From contig OZ245942.1 in assembly GCA_965230065.1 (NCBI GenBank), positions 2,620,563 through 2,644,562 on the forward strand: a stretch of DNA of 24,000 nucleotides, read 5' to 3'. Below the pieces are notes generated by a model, which saw only the letters and a program-made list of their open reading frames with translations, did not search any database and was not told the DNA's origin. The translations under genes and the position numbers were made by a program. This DNA comes from Cyclobacteriaceae bacterium. GTDB lineage: Bacteria; Bacteroidota; Bacteroidia; Cytophagales; Cyclobacteriaceae. Below are positions 8,104 through 14,735 of the stretch, piece after piece (position 1 is the stretch's first letter; every line of letters starts with the position of its first letter).

Positions 8104-8451
8104 TTACCCTACAACGTCTATGCTTTCATTTATCTGTTTTAAGTGGTCAATAAAAGCATCTTTTTCTTCAGGGGAAATGTAGATTTCATGCCATTTTCCA
8201 TATTGGATGATGAGGCCGTTTTGGGCAAGGACGGGTTTGAAACCCATCAGTAAATTTTTGCCTTTTATGATTTTAGTGATTTTCTTAATATCCAATGTTC
8301 TGTGAAAAGGGCCGCCTTTACAATAAAGGGAAGTGTTTTCAACCGTATAGTTTGTGTTGAACCAAACTGATACCAATAATAGCACACAAGCAAGTATCGG
8401 AATTAAAACAAGGATGGTTAGCAAAACACCATTACGGTTGATGGATGCCAC
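8104..8451 (-). CDS. Bacterial PH-domain (bPH, DUF1200-like) membrane protein, apparently missing its first TM helix
   Basis: The track ORF starts at a GTG with a TGA immediately upstream in frame. It encodes the TM helix VLLTILVLIPILACVLLLVSVWF. That is followed by YTVENTSLYCKGGPFHRTLDIKKITKI...GLIIQYGKWHEIYISPEEKDAFIDHLKQ, the pattern of small bacterial PH-domain proteins. Confidence 0.7.
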   Translation of the reverse strand: MASINRNGVLLTILVLIPILACVLLLVSVWFNTNYTVENTSLYCKGGPFHRTLDIKKITKIIKGKNLLMGFKPVLAQNGLIIQYGKWHEIYISPEEKDAFIDHLKQINESIDVVG

Positions 8452-8557
8452 TCACCGTAAATAATGTCATGCCAATACACATGATAATTGTTCCCCAAAT
8501 AACAGCACCAAAAAACAAATCTTTCTCCGATTGGAATTTTCTGGCATTCATGGACAT
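8432..8557 (-). pseudogene. 41-codon ORF encoding the expected TM1 of the downstream PH-domain gene in another frame (probable frameshift or split gene)
   Basis: The ORF runs from the ATG at 8557 to the TAA at 8434-8432: MSMNARKFQSEKDLFFGAVIWGTIIMCIGMTLFTVSGIHQP. It is below the track cutoff and starts 1 nt after the upstream gene's stop codon (8559-8561). It overlaps the 8104..8451 ORF by 20 nt in a different frame. Joined near 8450, the two would give a normal two-TM plus PH protein of about 150 aa. Confidence 0.45.
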
Positions 8558-8558
8558 T

Positions 8559-9290
8559 TTAGGGTTTTAACTTCTGTAAATCACGGTATAATTCCCTCGT
8601 CTTTTTAATATCTTCATAATTGACAATCAGAAAGCCACTTTCATCCAGGTCAATTTTCACAAAGGGAGGTTTGTCTTTTTCAATAAAAAGTTTGCCTTTG
8701 CCGAGTTCTTTCAGGCGAAAATTGCCTTTGAGCGTATTGGCAAAATTAAACCCGTTGGTTTTTGCCAGCACATCGGGCAGTTTGTCAATCAGTTGTATGG
8801 ATTCAATTTTGTTGGCAGGGATTTCTACGCCGTATATCCCGGAAATTTCTATGGAGTTATCCTGAACGCTGATGGTGGGGGGCACCATGCTTTTGCCCAG
8901 CATAATCATGATTCCTGCAAAAACAAGCACCAGAAAAATGCTAACAATCCAGCTTAGTTTTGTTGTTGTTTGCTTGTTTTCATTGTGGTTGTATTGCTGC
9001 CCTTTTATCAGCAGGTAGGGAAAGGAAAGAAAAAGGGAGGCAATCAGCCAAATAATAGCTGCTTTTTCCCATCCTGTGCTATAGAAAATAAAATAGCCAA
9101 AAATGATGGACAGCCCCAACCCCACAAAGAAATTTCTAAAAAAAGTAGCATATCCCTCAATATCAAACCTGGCCTGCTCTTCCCGGCTCATGGTGTTATA
9201 GCCTGCGATGAGGTTGTGTGCCTTTCCGTGCTTTACCACGATGCCGATGCCTGTGAATAGTGTTCCTAAAATAATGGGTAGCCAGAGCAT
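8559..9290 (-). CDS. DUF3784-type membrane protein with a C-terminal bacterial PH-like domain
   Basis: The product is 243 aa. The N-terminus has LIAGYNTMSREEQARFDIEGY, the DUF3784 hallmark, flanked by TM helices. The C-terminal soluble half (IEISGIYGVEIPANKIESIQLIDKLP...GKLFIEKDKPPFVKIDL) resembles bPH-type domains. Confidence 0.65.
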   Translation of the reverse strand: MLWLPIILGTLFTGIGIVVKHGKAHNLIAGYNTMSREEQARFDIEGYATFFRNFFVGLGLSIIFGYFIFYSTGWEKAAIIWLIASLFLSFPYLLIKGQQYNHNENKQTTTKLSWIVSIFLVLVFAGIMIMLGKSMVPPTISVQDNSIEISGIYGVEIPANKIESIQLIDKLPDVLAKTNGFNFANTLKGNFRLKELGKGKLFIEKDKPPFVKIDLDESGFLIVNYEDIKKTRELYRDLQKLKP

Positions 9291-9395
9291 ATTGTTGTAG
9301 TTAGGTGGTGGTTATCAGGAACGCGGGATTCTCTGCGAGTAACCCAGTATGGAATGCCCCGCTGAGATTGAAAAGTAAGCATCAAAGATGCATTT

Positions 9396-9428
9396 AGACT
9401 TCCGAAATTTTAGAAATTTCGGAAGTCT
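9396..9428 (-). terminator. Strong hairpin downstream of pspA (candidate terminator without U-tract)
   Basis: A perfect 15-bp stem pairs AGACTTCCGAAATTT (9396-9410) with AAATTTCGGAAGTCT (9414-9428) around a 3-nt loop. It lies 18 nt past the pspA stop (9446). It is sequence-related to the 7275-7308 hairpin. Confidence 0.55.
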
Positions 9429-9445
9429 TACAGCCTGGTAAATTG

Positions 9446-10177
9446 TTATGCGTCGCTACCAGCTTGCCCTCCACCTTGTGTCATACTCATCTTTCTTTTC
9501 AGCTCAGCCAGCTTTTCAGAGGTTTGTCCGGGACTGGTTTCCAGGGCTTTGTCAATTTCGTCATCCAAAGATTTGGATTCATTGGCAATTTGCCCGTACG
9601 ACTCGGCCAGGGATTCTTCCACGGCTACTTTTTCTTTCATCCGCTCCAGCATGGCCACCGTGCTGGAAGAGTCTATTTGTGTCATTTGTTTGTTGATATT
9701 TTTGGTAGCCGTACTCACCTTCATCCGGGCTTTCAGCGTACGCACTTCATTTTCCCACTGGCTGATATTGGACTTCAGTTTGTTGATGTTTACTTCCAGT
9801 TGCTGTACCGAAGTTTCATATTTTTCGTGCTCCTGTGTGAGCCGGGTTACATGGCCCTCGGCCTGTTCTTTTTTATTCAAAGCTTCGGTGGCCAGGCGGT
9901 CGGCTTCGGCAGCTTCCAGTTCGCCCGACTGCGCCTTTTTTAGCAACAGCATGGCTTTCTGTTCGTAATCTTTGGCTTGCTCCTTGTTGTTTTTTAGTTC
10001 ATTTTTGGTACGGATAGCCATGGCTTTTACCTCGGCCAAAGCGTGCAGGCTTTTGTCCAAATCTACTTTCATATCGCGAATCCCCTGCTCGGTCATCTTG
10101 ATTGGGTTTTCCAAATTATTAATGGTAGCATGTGCTTCCGACTGTCCTATTTTGAATAATCTACTGAAAATGTTCAT
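9446..10177 (-). CDS. pspA: PspA/IM30 (phage shock protein A / Vipp1) family protein
   Basis: The product is 243 aa. The N-terminus MNIFSRLFKIGQSEAHATINNLENPIKMTEQGIRDM parallels E. coli PspA (MGIFSRF...INALLEKAEDPQK...IQEM). The rest is a long heptad-rich coiled coil. Confidence 0.9.
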   Translation of the reverse strand: MNIFSRLFKIGQSEAHATINNLENPIKMTEQGIRDMKVDLDKSLHALAEVKAMAIRTKNELKNNKEQAKDYEQKAMLLLKKAQSGELEAAEADRLATEALNKKEQAEGHVTRLTQEHEKYETSVQQLEVNINKLKSNISQWENEVRTLKARMKVSTATKNINKQMTQIDSSSTVAMLERMKEKVAVEESLAESYGQIANESKSLDDEIDKALETSPGQTSEKLAELKRKMSMTQGGGQAGSDA

Positions 10178-10223
10178 GATGAATTTAGTTTATTGTTTTT
10201 AGTTTTATGTTTAAAGTTTGCTA

Positions 10224-10293
10224 CTGGATGCTGGATACTAGATGCTAGGTTGAGCCAGCATCCAGAAACTAGTATCCAGTGACCAGCCTACTG
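10224..10293. repeat. Heptad-periodic inverted-block element between the YbjN-like gene and pspA
   Basis: In 7-nt register the sequence reads CTGGATG CTGGATA CTAGATG CTAGGTT GAGCCAG CATCCAG AAACTAG TATCCAG TGACCAG CCTACTG. CTGGATGCTGG (10224-10234) is complementary to CCAGCATCCAG (10255-10265). CTGGATACTAG (10231-10241) is complementary to CTAGTATCCAG (10269-10279). Confidence 0.8.
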
Positions 10294-10683
10294 TTTACTA
10301 AACCGGATGATCTCCTCCGAATACTCGCTTAGCAAAAGGCCGAGGGAATTAAAAGATGCTTCCAGTTCGTTAAGGTCCAGGTTTTCAAGTTGAAGCGTAT
10401 CCCGGAAGATGACTTTGGTGCCGGAATCGTCCAATACAAAAGCACCGTGTATGATGTCGCGGTTTTTTTGCAGCAGCTTTTCATACATGTCTACCGACTT
10501 GTGTTTTACTTCAAAAATGTACTGCTCCATAATCAGGAGCGGATCGGCACAGCCAATGACCATATCTTTAATACCCATCTCCTCATTTTCAATGACCAGC
10601 ATGCCGTCTTCCTCGCTTTCCTGCACAATGGTGTAGTCCAGGGTTAGCAGATAATCCTTTACCTTAGCGAAAGAGTTGTTCAT
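10288..10683 (-). CDS. Small acidic cytoplasmic protein, YbjN-like (T3SS-chaperone-like fold) PspA partner; assignment tentative
   Basis: The product is 131 aa, acidic, with no TM helix or signal peptide. It is co-oriented with and immediately upstream of pspA. The size and the alternating beta/alpha pattern (DYTIVQESEEDGMLVIENEEMGIKDMVIGCADPLLIMEQYIFEV...) fit YbjN/DUF2170-type proteins, which are known PspA neighbours. The call rests on context and pattern, not a search. Confidence 0.45.
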   Translation of the reverse strand: MNNSFAKVKDYLLTLDYTIVQESEEDGMLVIENEEMGIKDMVIGCADPLLIMEQYIFEVKHKSVDMYEKLLQKNRDIIHGAFVLDDSGTKVIFRDTLQLENLDLNELEASFNSLGLLLSEYSEEIIRFSKQ

Positions 10684-10737
10684 GGTGATGGTAGTTTTTC
10701 GTATTTTATTTCCTGAATAATTATTAATAACGTAATT

Positions 10738-10756
10738 TTACTAAAAATGTTAGTAA
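10738..10756. promoter_or_regulatory. Candidate operator: 7-bp inverted repeat TTACTAA-N5-TTAGTAA in the divergent promoter region
   Basis: TTACTAAAAATGTTAGTAA has perfect 7-bp arms. It lies in the 106-bp AT-rich spacer between the YbjN-like/pspA operon start (10683) and the XRE regulator start (10790). Confidence 0.3.
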
Positions 10757-10789
10757 TGCTCAAATTTTTAGCAAAAAATATTTTATAAA

Positions 10790-11572
10790 ATGTCATACAT
10801 TGGTAAAAATATCAGAAAAATAAGAACCGTGAAGAAGATTTCACAGGCCGATTTTGCCGAAATGTTTGGCCTGGGCCGCCCAAGCGTTGGAGCGTATGAA
10901 GAAGGCCGGGCCGAACCCAAACTGGATACCATTATCAAAATGGCTCATCATTTTGGCTTATCCATAGATGTGCTGCTTACCAAAGAGCTGACAGTAAATG
11001 AGCTTTACAAATTTGATATTTTTAGCAAAGAGAAACTGGCAACTAAAAAAAAGAAAAGCGCAGTTGCTTTAGATAAAGACGATACACAGGCAGAAACGCC
11101 TTTGATAAAGAAAGATACATTTTTGGAATACATAGTTAATTTACAAAATAAAGATTACATCAACGACCTGCCCAGCATCCAACTGCCCGGCACACAGCAT
11201 AAAAAGTCGAGGGCTTTTGAGGTGCCTGACCAGGCGATGGAATTCAATGAAAAAGGATTGCTGCCGGGTGATATACTTTCATGCACTCCGGCTGATTTGA
11301 AAAACCTAAAAAAATTACCGGTTGATGCAGTATATGTGCTGGTTACTGAAAAAGATATTCTTGTGCGCCGCTTCACAGGCAAACGTGCCGCGCTCGATTT
11401 CAAAGCTGATAACGTGGCTTATGATGTATTATCTATTCAACCAGGTGAAATTCTGGAACTATGGAAAGTAGAAGGGTTTTTCAGTACAGTGCTTAAGCCT
11501 CCTGCCCTTCTCGAAGAACGCGTAGCCTTATTGGAAAAGCAAATTAAAGAACTGTACGTGCAGTTGAAATAG
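10790..11572 (+). CDS. XRE-family HTH transcriptional regulator with a C-terminal LexA/S24-like domain that appears catalytically inactive
   Basis: The product is 260 aa. The N-terminus IRKIRTVKKISQADFAEMFGLGRPSVGAYEEGRAEPKLDTIIKMAHHFGLSIDVLL is a Cro/C1-type HTH. The C-terminus RAFEVPDQAMEF...LPGDILSC...AVYVLVTEKDILVRRF...ILELWKVEGFFS aligns by eye with the LexA cleavage domain (RVSGMSM...DGDLLAV...VVVARIDDEVTVKRL...). Confidence 0.75.
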   Translation: MSYIGKNIRKIRTVKKISQADFAEMFGLGRPSVGAYEEGRAEPKLDTIIKMAHHFGLSIDVLLTKELTVNELYKFDIFSKEKLATKKKKSAVALDKDDTQAETPLIKKDTFLEYIVNLQNKDYINDLPSIQLPGTQHKKSRAFEVPDQAMEFNEKGLLPGDILSCTPADLKNLKKLPVDAVYVLVTEKDILVRRFTGKRAALDFKADNVAYDVLSIQPGEILELWKVEGFFSTVLKPPALLEERVALLEKQIKELYVQLK

Positions 11573-11581
11573 AACATCATT

Positions 11582-12244
11582 TTACCAATCAATAGGTTCT
11601 TTTCCCTGCCCTTTCAAATATTCATTGGCTTTGATGAAATGCCCATTGCCAAAAAAGCCCCTGTCGGCCGAAAAAGGGGAAGGGTGGGGTGACTTCAGTA
11701 CCAAATGTTTAGCACTATCGATGATCTCGCCCTTTTTCTGGGCATAAGCTCCCCACAACATAAACACTACCTCTGATTTTTGGTCAGAAATTTTACGAAT
11801 GACAGCATCGGTAAACTCTTCCCACCCTTTCTTTTGATGAGAACCTGCATTGCGGGCTTGCACCGTGAGCGTGGCGTTGAGCAATAATACGCCTTGTTCG
11901 GCCCATCTTTCCAGGTTGCCTGAGGGCGGTATTTCTTTTCCCAGCTCATTTTGAATTTCTTTAAAAATATTGACCAGCGAAGGTGGCATCCGAACGCCAT
12001 CACGCACCGAAAAGGCCAGCCCGTTGGCCTGGCCCGGACCGTGGTAGGGGTCTTGCCCTAAAATTACTACTTTAACATCATCAAAGCTGCATGCATCAAA
12101 TGCCCGGAAAATTTCTTTGCCCGGGGGGTAAACGGTGTGATTTTTATATTCTGATTTTACAAATTCTACCAAATTTAGGAAATAGGGCTTACTGAATTCT
12201 GCGGAGAGTTGTTCTTTCCAGGAAGGGGCAATTTTTACATCCAT
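11582..12244 (-). CDS. ung: Uracil-DNA glycosylase (family 1)
   Basis: The product is 220 aa and contains VVILGQDPYHGPGQANGLAFSV, LLLNATLTV and HPSPFSA, all Ung motifs. Confidence 0.95.
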   Translation of the reverse strand: MDVKIAPSWKEQLSAEFSKPYFLNLVEFVKSEYKNHTVYPPGKEIFRAFDACSFDDVKVVILGQDPYHGPGQANGLAFSVRDGVRMPPSLVNIFKEIQNELGKEIPPSGNLERWAEQGVLLLNATLTVQARNAGSHQKKGWEEFTDAVIRKISDQKSEVVFMLWGAYAQKKGEIIDSAKHLVLKSPHPSPFSADRGFFGNGHFIKANEYLKGQGKEPIDW

Positions 12245-12408
12245 GCATTAAATGTTTAAAATTCAAAGAAATTATCTATATTTCCGGTAATTATTTTGCT
12301 GCTTACTAATTCGTTTTTGACTTGGCAGGCCAAGTTGTAAAAGATCGGCTAAACTTAAAACTAATATATCAATTTAATCGTTTCTTATAAAAGTCAGCCC
12401 GATGTAAT

Positions 12409-12795
12409 ATGGTTACTGAAATCACCCAAGGAGTAAAAGTAAGTGTAGAAACTGAGTATCAGCCTGAGTATTCCAGCCCCGGCCAGTTTCATTTTGTCTT
12501 TACCTACCACATTACAATAGAAAACAATAGCCCGTCTACCGTTAAGTTGCTCCGCAGGCATTGGCATATTTACGATGCTTCATACCGTACCAGAGAGGTA
12601 GATGGTGAAGGAGTGGTGGGCCAGCAGCCTGTGTTAGAACCCGGGGAGGTGCATCAGTATGTTTCGGGTTGTAACCTTAAATCGGGCATTGGAAAAATGT
12701 ACGGTACTTACCTGATGGAACGTGTGGCCGACGGAAAAAAAATAGAAGTGGTTATTCCTGAGTTTATGCTGGAAGTTCCTAACAGGTTTAATTGA
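12409..12795 (+). CDS. apaG: ApaG (DUF525) protein
   Basis: The product is 128 aa. ITQGVKVSVETEYQPEYSSP..FHFVFTYHITIENNS..TVKLLRRHWHIYDA...REVDGEGVVGQQPVLEPGE.HQYVSGC is the typical ApaG sequence pattern. Confidence 0.9.
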   Translation: MVTEITQGVKVSVETEYQPEYSSPGQFHFVFTYHITIENNSPSTVKLLRRHWHIYDASYRTREVDGEGVVGQQPVLEPGEVHQYVSGCNLKSGIGKMYGTYLMERVADGKKIEVVIPEFMLEVPNRFN

Positions 12796-13625
12796 TATTT
12801 CATCATTTTTCTGCCAAACCTACTGCATTCGTTTTGTTTCCACAGCACTTTTTCCCTGCATTTCGTTATCTGCATTATTGGCTTCATGCCATAGATGAGC
12901 ACTCGCTACACTCCCCTTTTGTTTTTAATTTTTATACCCAAATTGTAAAACCTGACAAACAACTTCCTGTTTTCAGGGAAATAGAAACTTACAGAAAGGA
13001 AAAGTTAATTGATAACCATATTGTAAAAGTTTCTGATTTGGGCGCTTCTTCTGCTGTGCAAAGCGGGATTACCCGAAAAGTAGGCAGCATTGCCCGTCAT
13101 AGTTTGAGTACAGCAAAGTTTTCCCGCTTTTTGTTCAGGTTAGCCAGTCATTTGCAACCCGCTACCATCATAGAACTCGGTACTTCGCTGGGTATCAACA
13201 CGTTGTACCTCTCTGCCTACCACACTGCATGCAGGGTAGTTACTTTTGAAGGGTGTAATGCATCCATTGCACAAGCGCAATCTTTGTTTTCAAGATGGGG
13301 AAAAAATAATATTGACCTTGTTTCGGGTAATATTGATAATACCTTGCCCGAATATCTGTCTCAAAATATTACTATAGATATGGCTTATATAGATGCCAAT
13401 CATCGGTATACACCTACATTAAATTATTTTAATGAATTACTGGGGCACATTACACCTGAAAGTGTATTGGTGCTGGACGATATCCACTGGTCATGCGAAA
13501 TGGAAAATGCCTGGCAGCAAATCAAGCAACATGAAAGTGTAACGCTTACGATAGACCTTTTTGATGCAGGACTTGTATTTTTCAAGCCAATGTATACCAA
13601 GCAGCATTACATACTTTCATATTAA
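12792..13625 (+). CDS. Class I SAM-dependent (O-)methyltransferase
   Basis: The product is 277 aa. IIELGTSLGINTLYL is a motif I-like glycine-rich loop, and the protein also has VVTFEG, AYIDANHRY and VLVLDDIHW. The N-terminal HSLHSPFVFNFY is typical of this Bacteroidota methyltransferase family. There is no ATG before residue 197, so the start must be TTG at 12792 (overlapping the apaG stop) or TTG at 12834. Confidence 0.75.
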   Translation: MIFHHFSAKPTAFVLFPQHFFPAFRYLHYWLHAIDEHSLHSPFVFNFYTQIVKPDKQLPVFREIETYRKEKLIDNHIVKVSDLGASSAVQSGITRKVGSIARHSLSTAKFSRFLFRLASHLQPATIIELGTSLGINTLYLSAYHTACRVVTFEGCNASIAQAQSLFSRWGKNNIDLVSGNIDNTLPEYLSQNITIDMAYIDANHRYTPTLNYFNELLGHITPESVLVLDDIHWSCEMENAWQQIKQHESVTLTIDLFDAGLVFFKPMYTKQHYILSY

Positions 13626-13766
13626 GTTCATATTGTTCAATTTTTTCGTAAGATGTTTTGCGGATGCATAATCGTCAAATGCTTAAATTTTAAAGATTTA
13701 ATGTGAGTTTTGCGAAAAAAATCTAATTTTACAACATTGGGAAATTACAAAATCCATCTATAAACT

Positions 13767-14699
13767 ATGTCAGAATTCGAAAAAGACACACAGCCTAAAA
13801 ACATCCTTGATAACAAGAAGTTCTTAATTGGCATAATTGTGCTATTATTGGTGCTTAATGGTGTCACCTTATTTCTTTTCTTACAGAACCGACAAGCCCT
13901 GGGAACAGAACTAAAAGCCAGTAATACAGAGCTCGAAGAAACCCGGAATAAACTGGAGTCTGTCAGTAATGAATTGGACCTGAAAATTGAGGAAATTCAA
14001 AAGCTGGGGGGAGATGTAGATACATTGCGCCAGATCAGAGAGGCATTGGAACTGGAAAAAGAACAATTATTAGATGCCCGCGGTGTAGATCAACGCCGCA
14101 TTGCCCAGATCAATGCGAGGGTAGAAGGCTATCGTGAACTGCTCCTAAAAAAAGATGAAGAAATTGCCCATTTGCAGTCGCTCAATGATGAACTGATGGA
14201 CCAAAACACTTCCCTGAAACAAGAAAAACAGCAACTAAACCAATCGCTAAGCCAGGTGGAACGGCAATCAGAGGAGTTAAAAGAAACCGTAGAGGTTGCC
14301 TCTCGCCTGAAAGCAGAAAATATTCAGGTTGTGGGGCTGAATGCGCGTGATAGGGGTAAAGAACGCGATCAGTACAGGAATAATCAGATAGAAAAGTTAC
14401 AGGTACAGTTTAATATTGCCAAAAATGATGTAGCACCTATCGGAGGGAGAGATATTATGATGCGCGTAATTGACCCTGCCGGTGAGGTGATTTTTGATGT
14501 TGCCAAAGGTTCAGGTACCTTTATGATCGATGGCAAAGAAGAGTTTTTTACTTCCAGGCATGAAATTTTGTTCGATAATACCATGCAAGAAATCTCGTTT
14601 TTATACGAAAAAGGAAGCGATTACACTGAAGGAAAACATAAAATCGAGATATATGCAGATGATTATGTGATCGGTACAGCCGATTTCGTTATTAAATAA
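13767..14699 (+). CDS. Membrane-anchored coiled-coil protein with a C-terminal beta-rich domain, function unknown
   Basis: The product is 310 aa. It has an N-terminal TM helix FLIGIIVLLLVLNGVTLFLFL and then about 150 aa of heptad-rich E/K/L/Q sequence. The C-terminal roughly 120 aa (VQFNIAKNDVAPIGGRDIMMRVIDPAGEVIFD...HKIEIYADDYVIGTADFVIK) look like a beta-sandwich. I recognise no family. Confidence 0.6.
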   Translation: MSEFEKDTQPKNILDNKKFLIGIIVLLLVLNGVTLFLFLQNRQALGTELKASNTELEETRNKLESVSNELDLKIEEIQKLGGDVDTLRQIREALELEKEQLLDARGVDQRRIAQINARVEGYRELLLKKDEEIAHLQSLNDELMDQNTSLKQEKQQLNQSLSQVERQSEELKETVEVASRLKAENIQVVGLNARDRGKERDQYRNNQIEKLQVQFNIAKNDVAPIGGRDIMMRVIDPAGEVIFDVAKGSGTFMIDGKEEFFTSRHEILFDNTMQEISFLYEKGSDYTEGKHKIEIYADDYVIGTADFVIK

Positions 14700-14735
14700 A
14701 CAAGTATGCATCACAAGATTATTTGTTTCAATTAA

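Noticed and set aside
9291-9395. A relatively GC-rich leader of the DUF3784 gene (GCGGG...CCCGC and GCATC-AAA-GATGC stems) considered as a riboswitch or sRNA.
   Set aside because: I could not match it to any riboswitch consensus that I know, including fluoride and the guanidine classes. The stems are only 5 bp, so there is not enough evidence to call an RNA feature.
9443-9968. Three overlapping + strand ORFs (82-166 aa) opposite pspA.
   Set aside because: Antisense frames of a repetitive coiled-coil gene stay open by chance. The products are low-complexity and have no start context.
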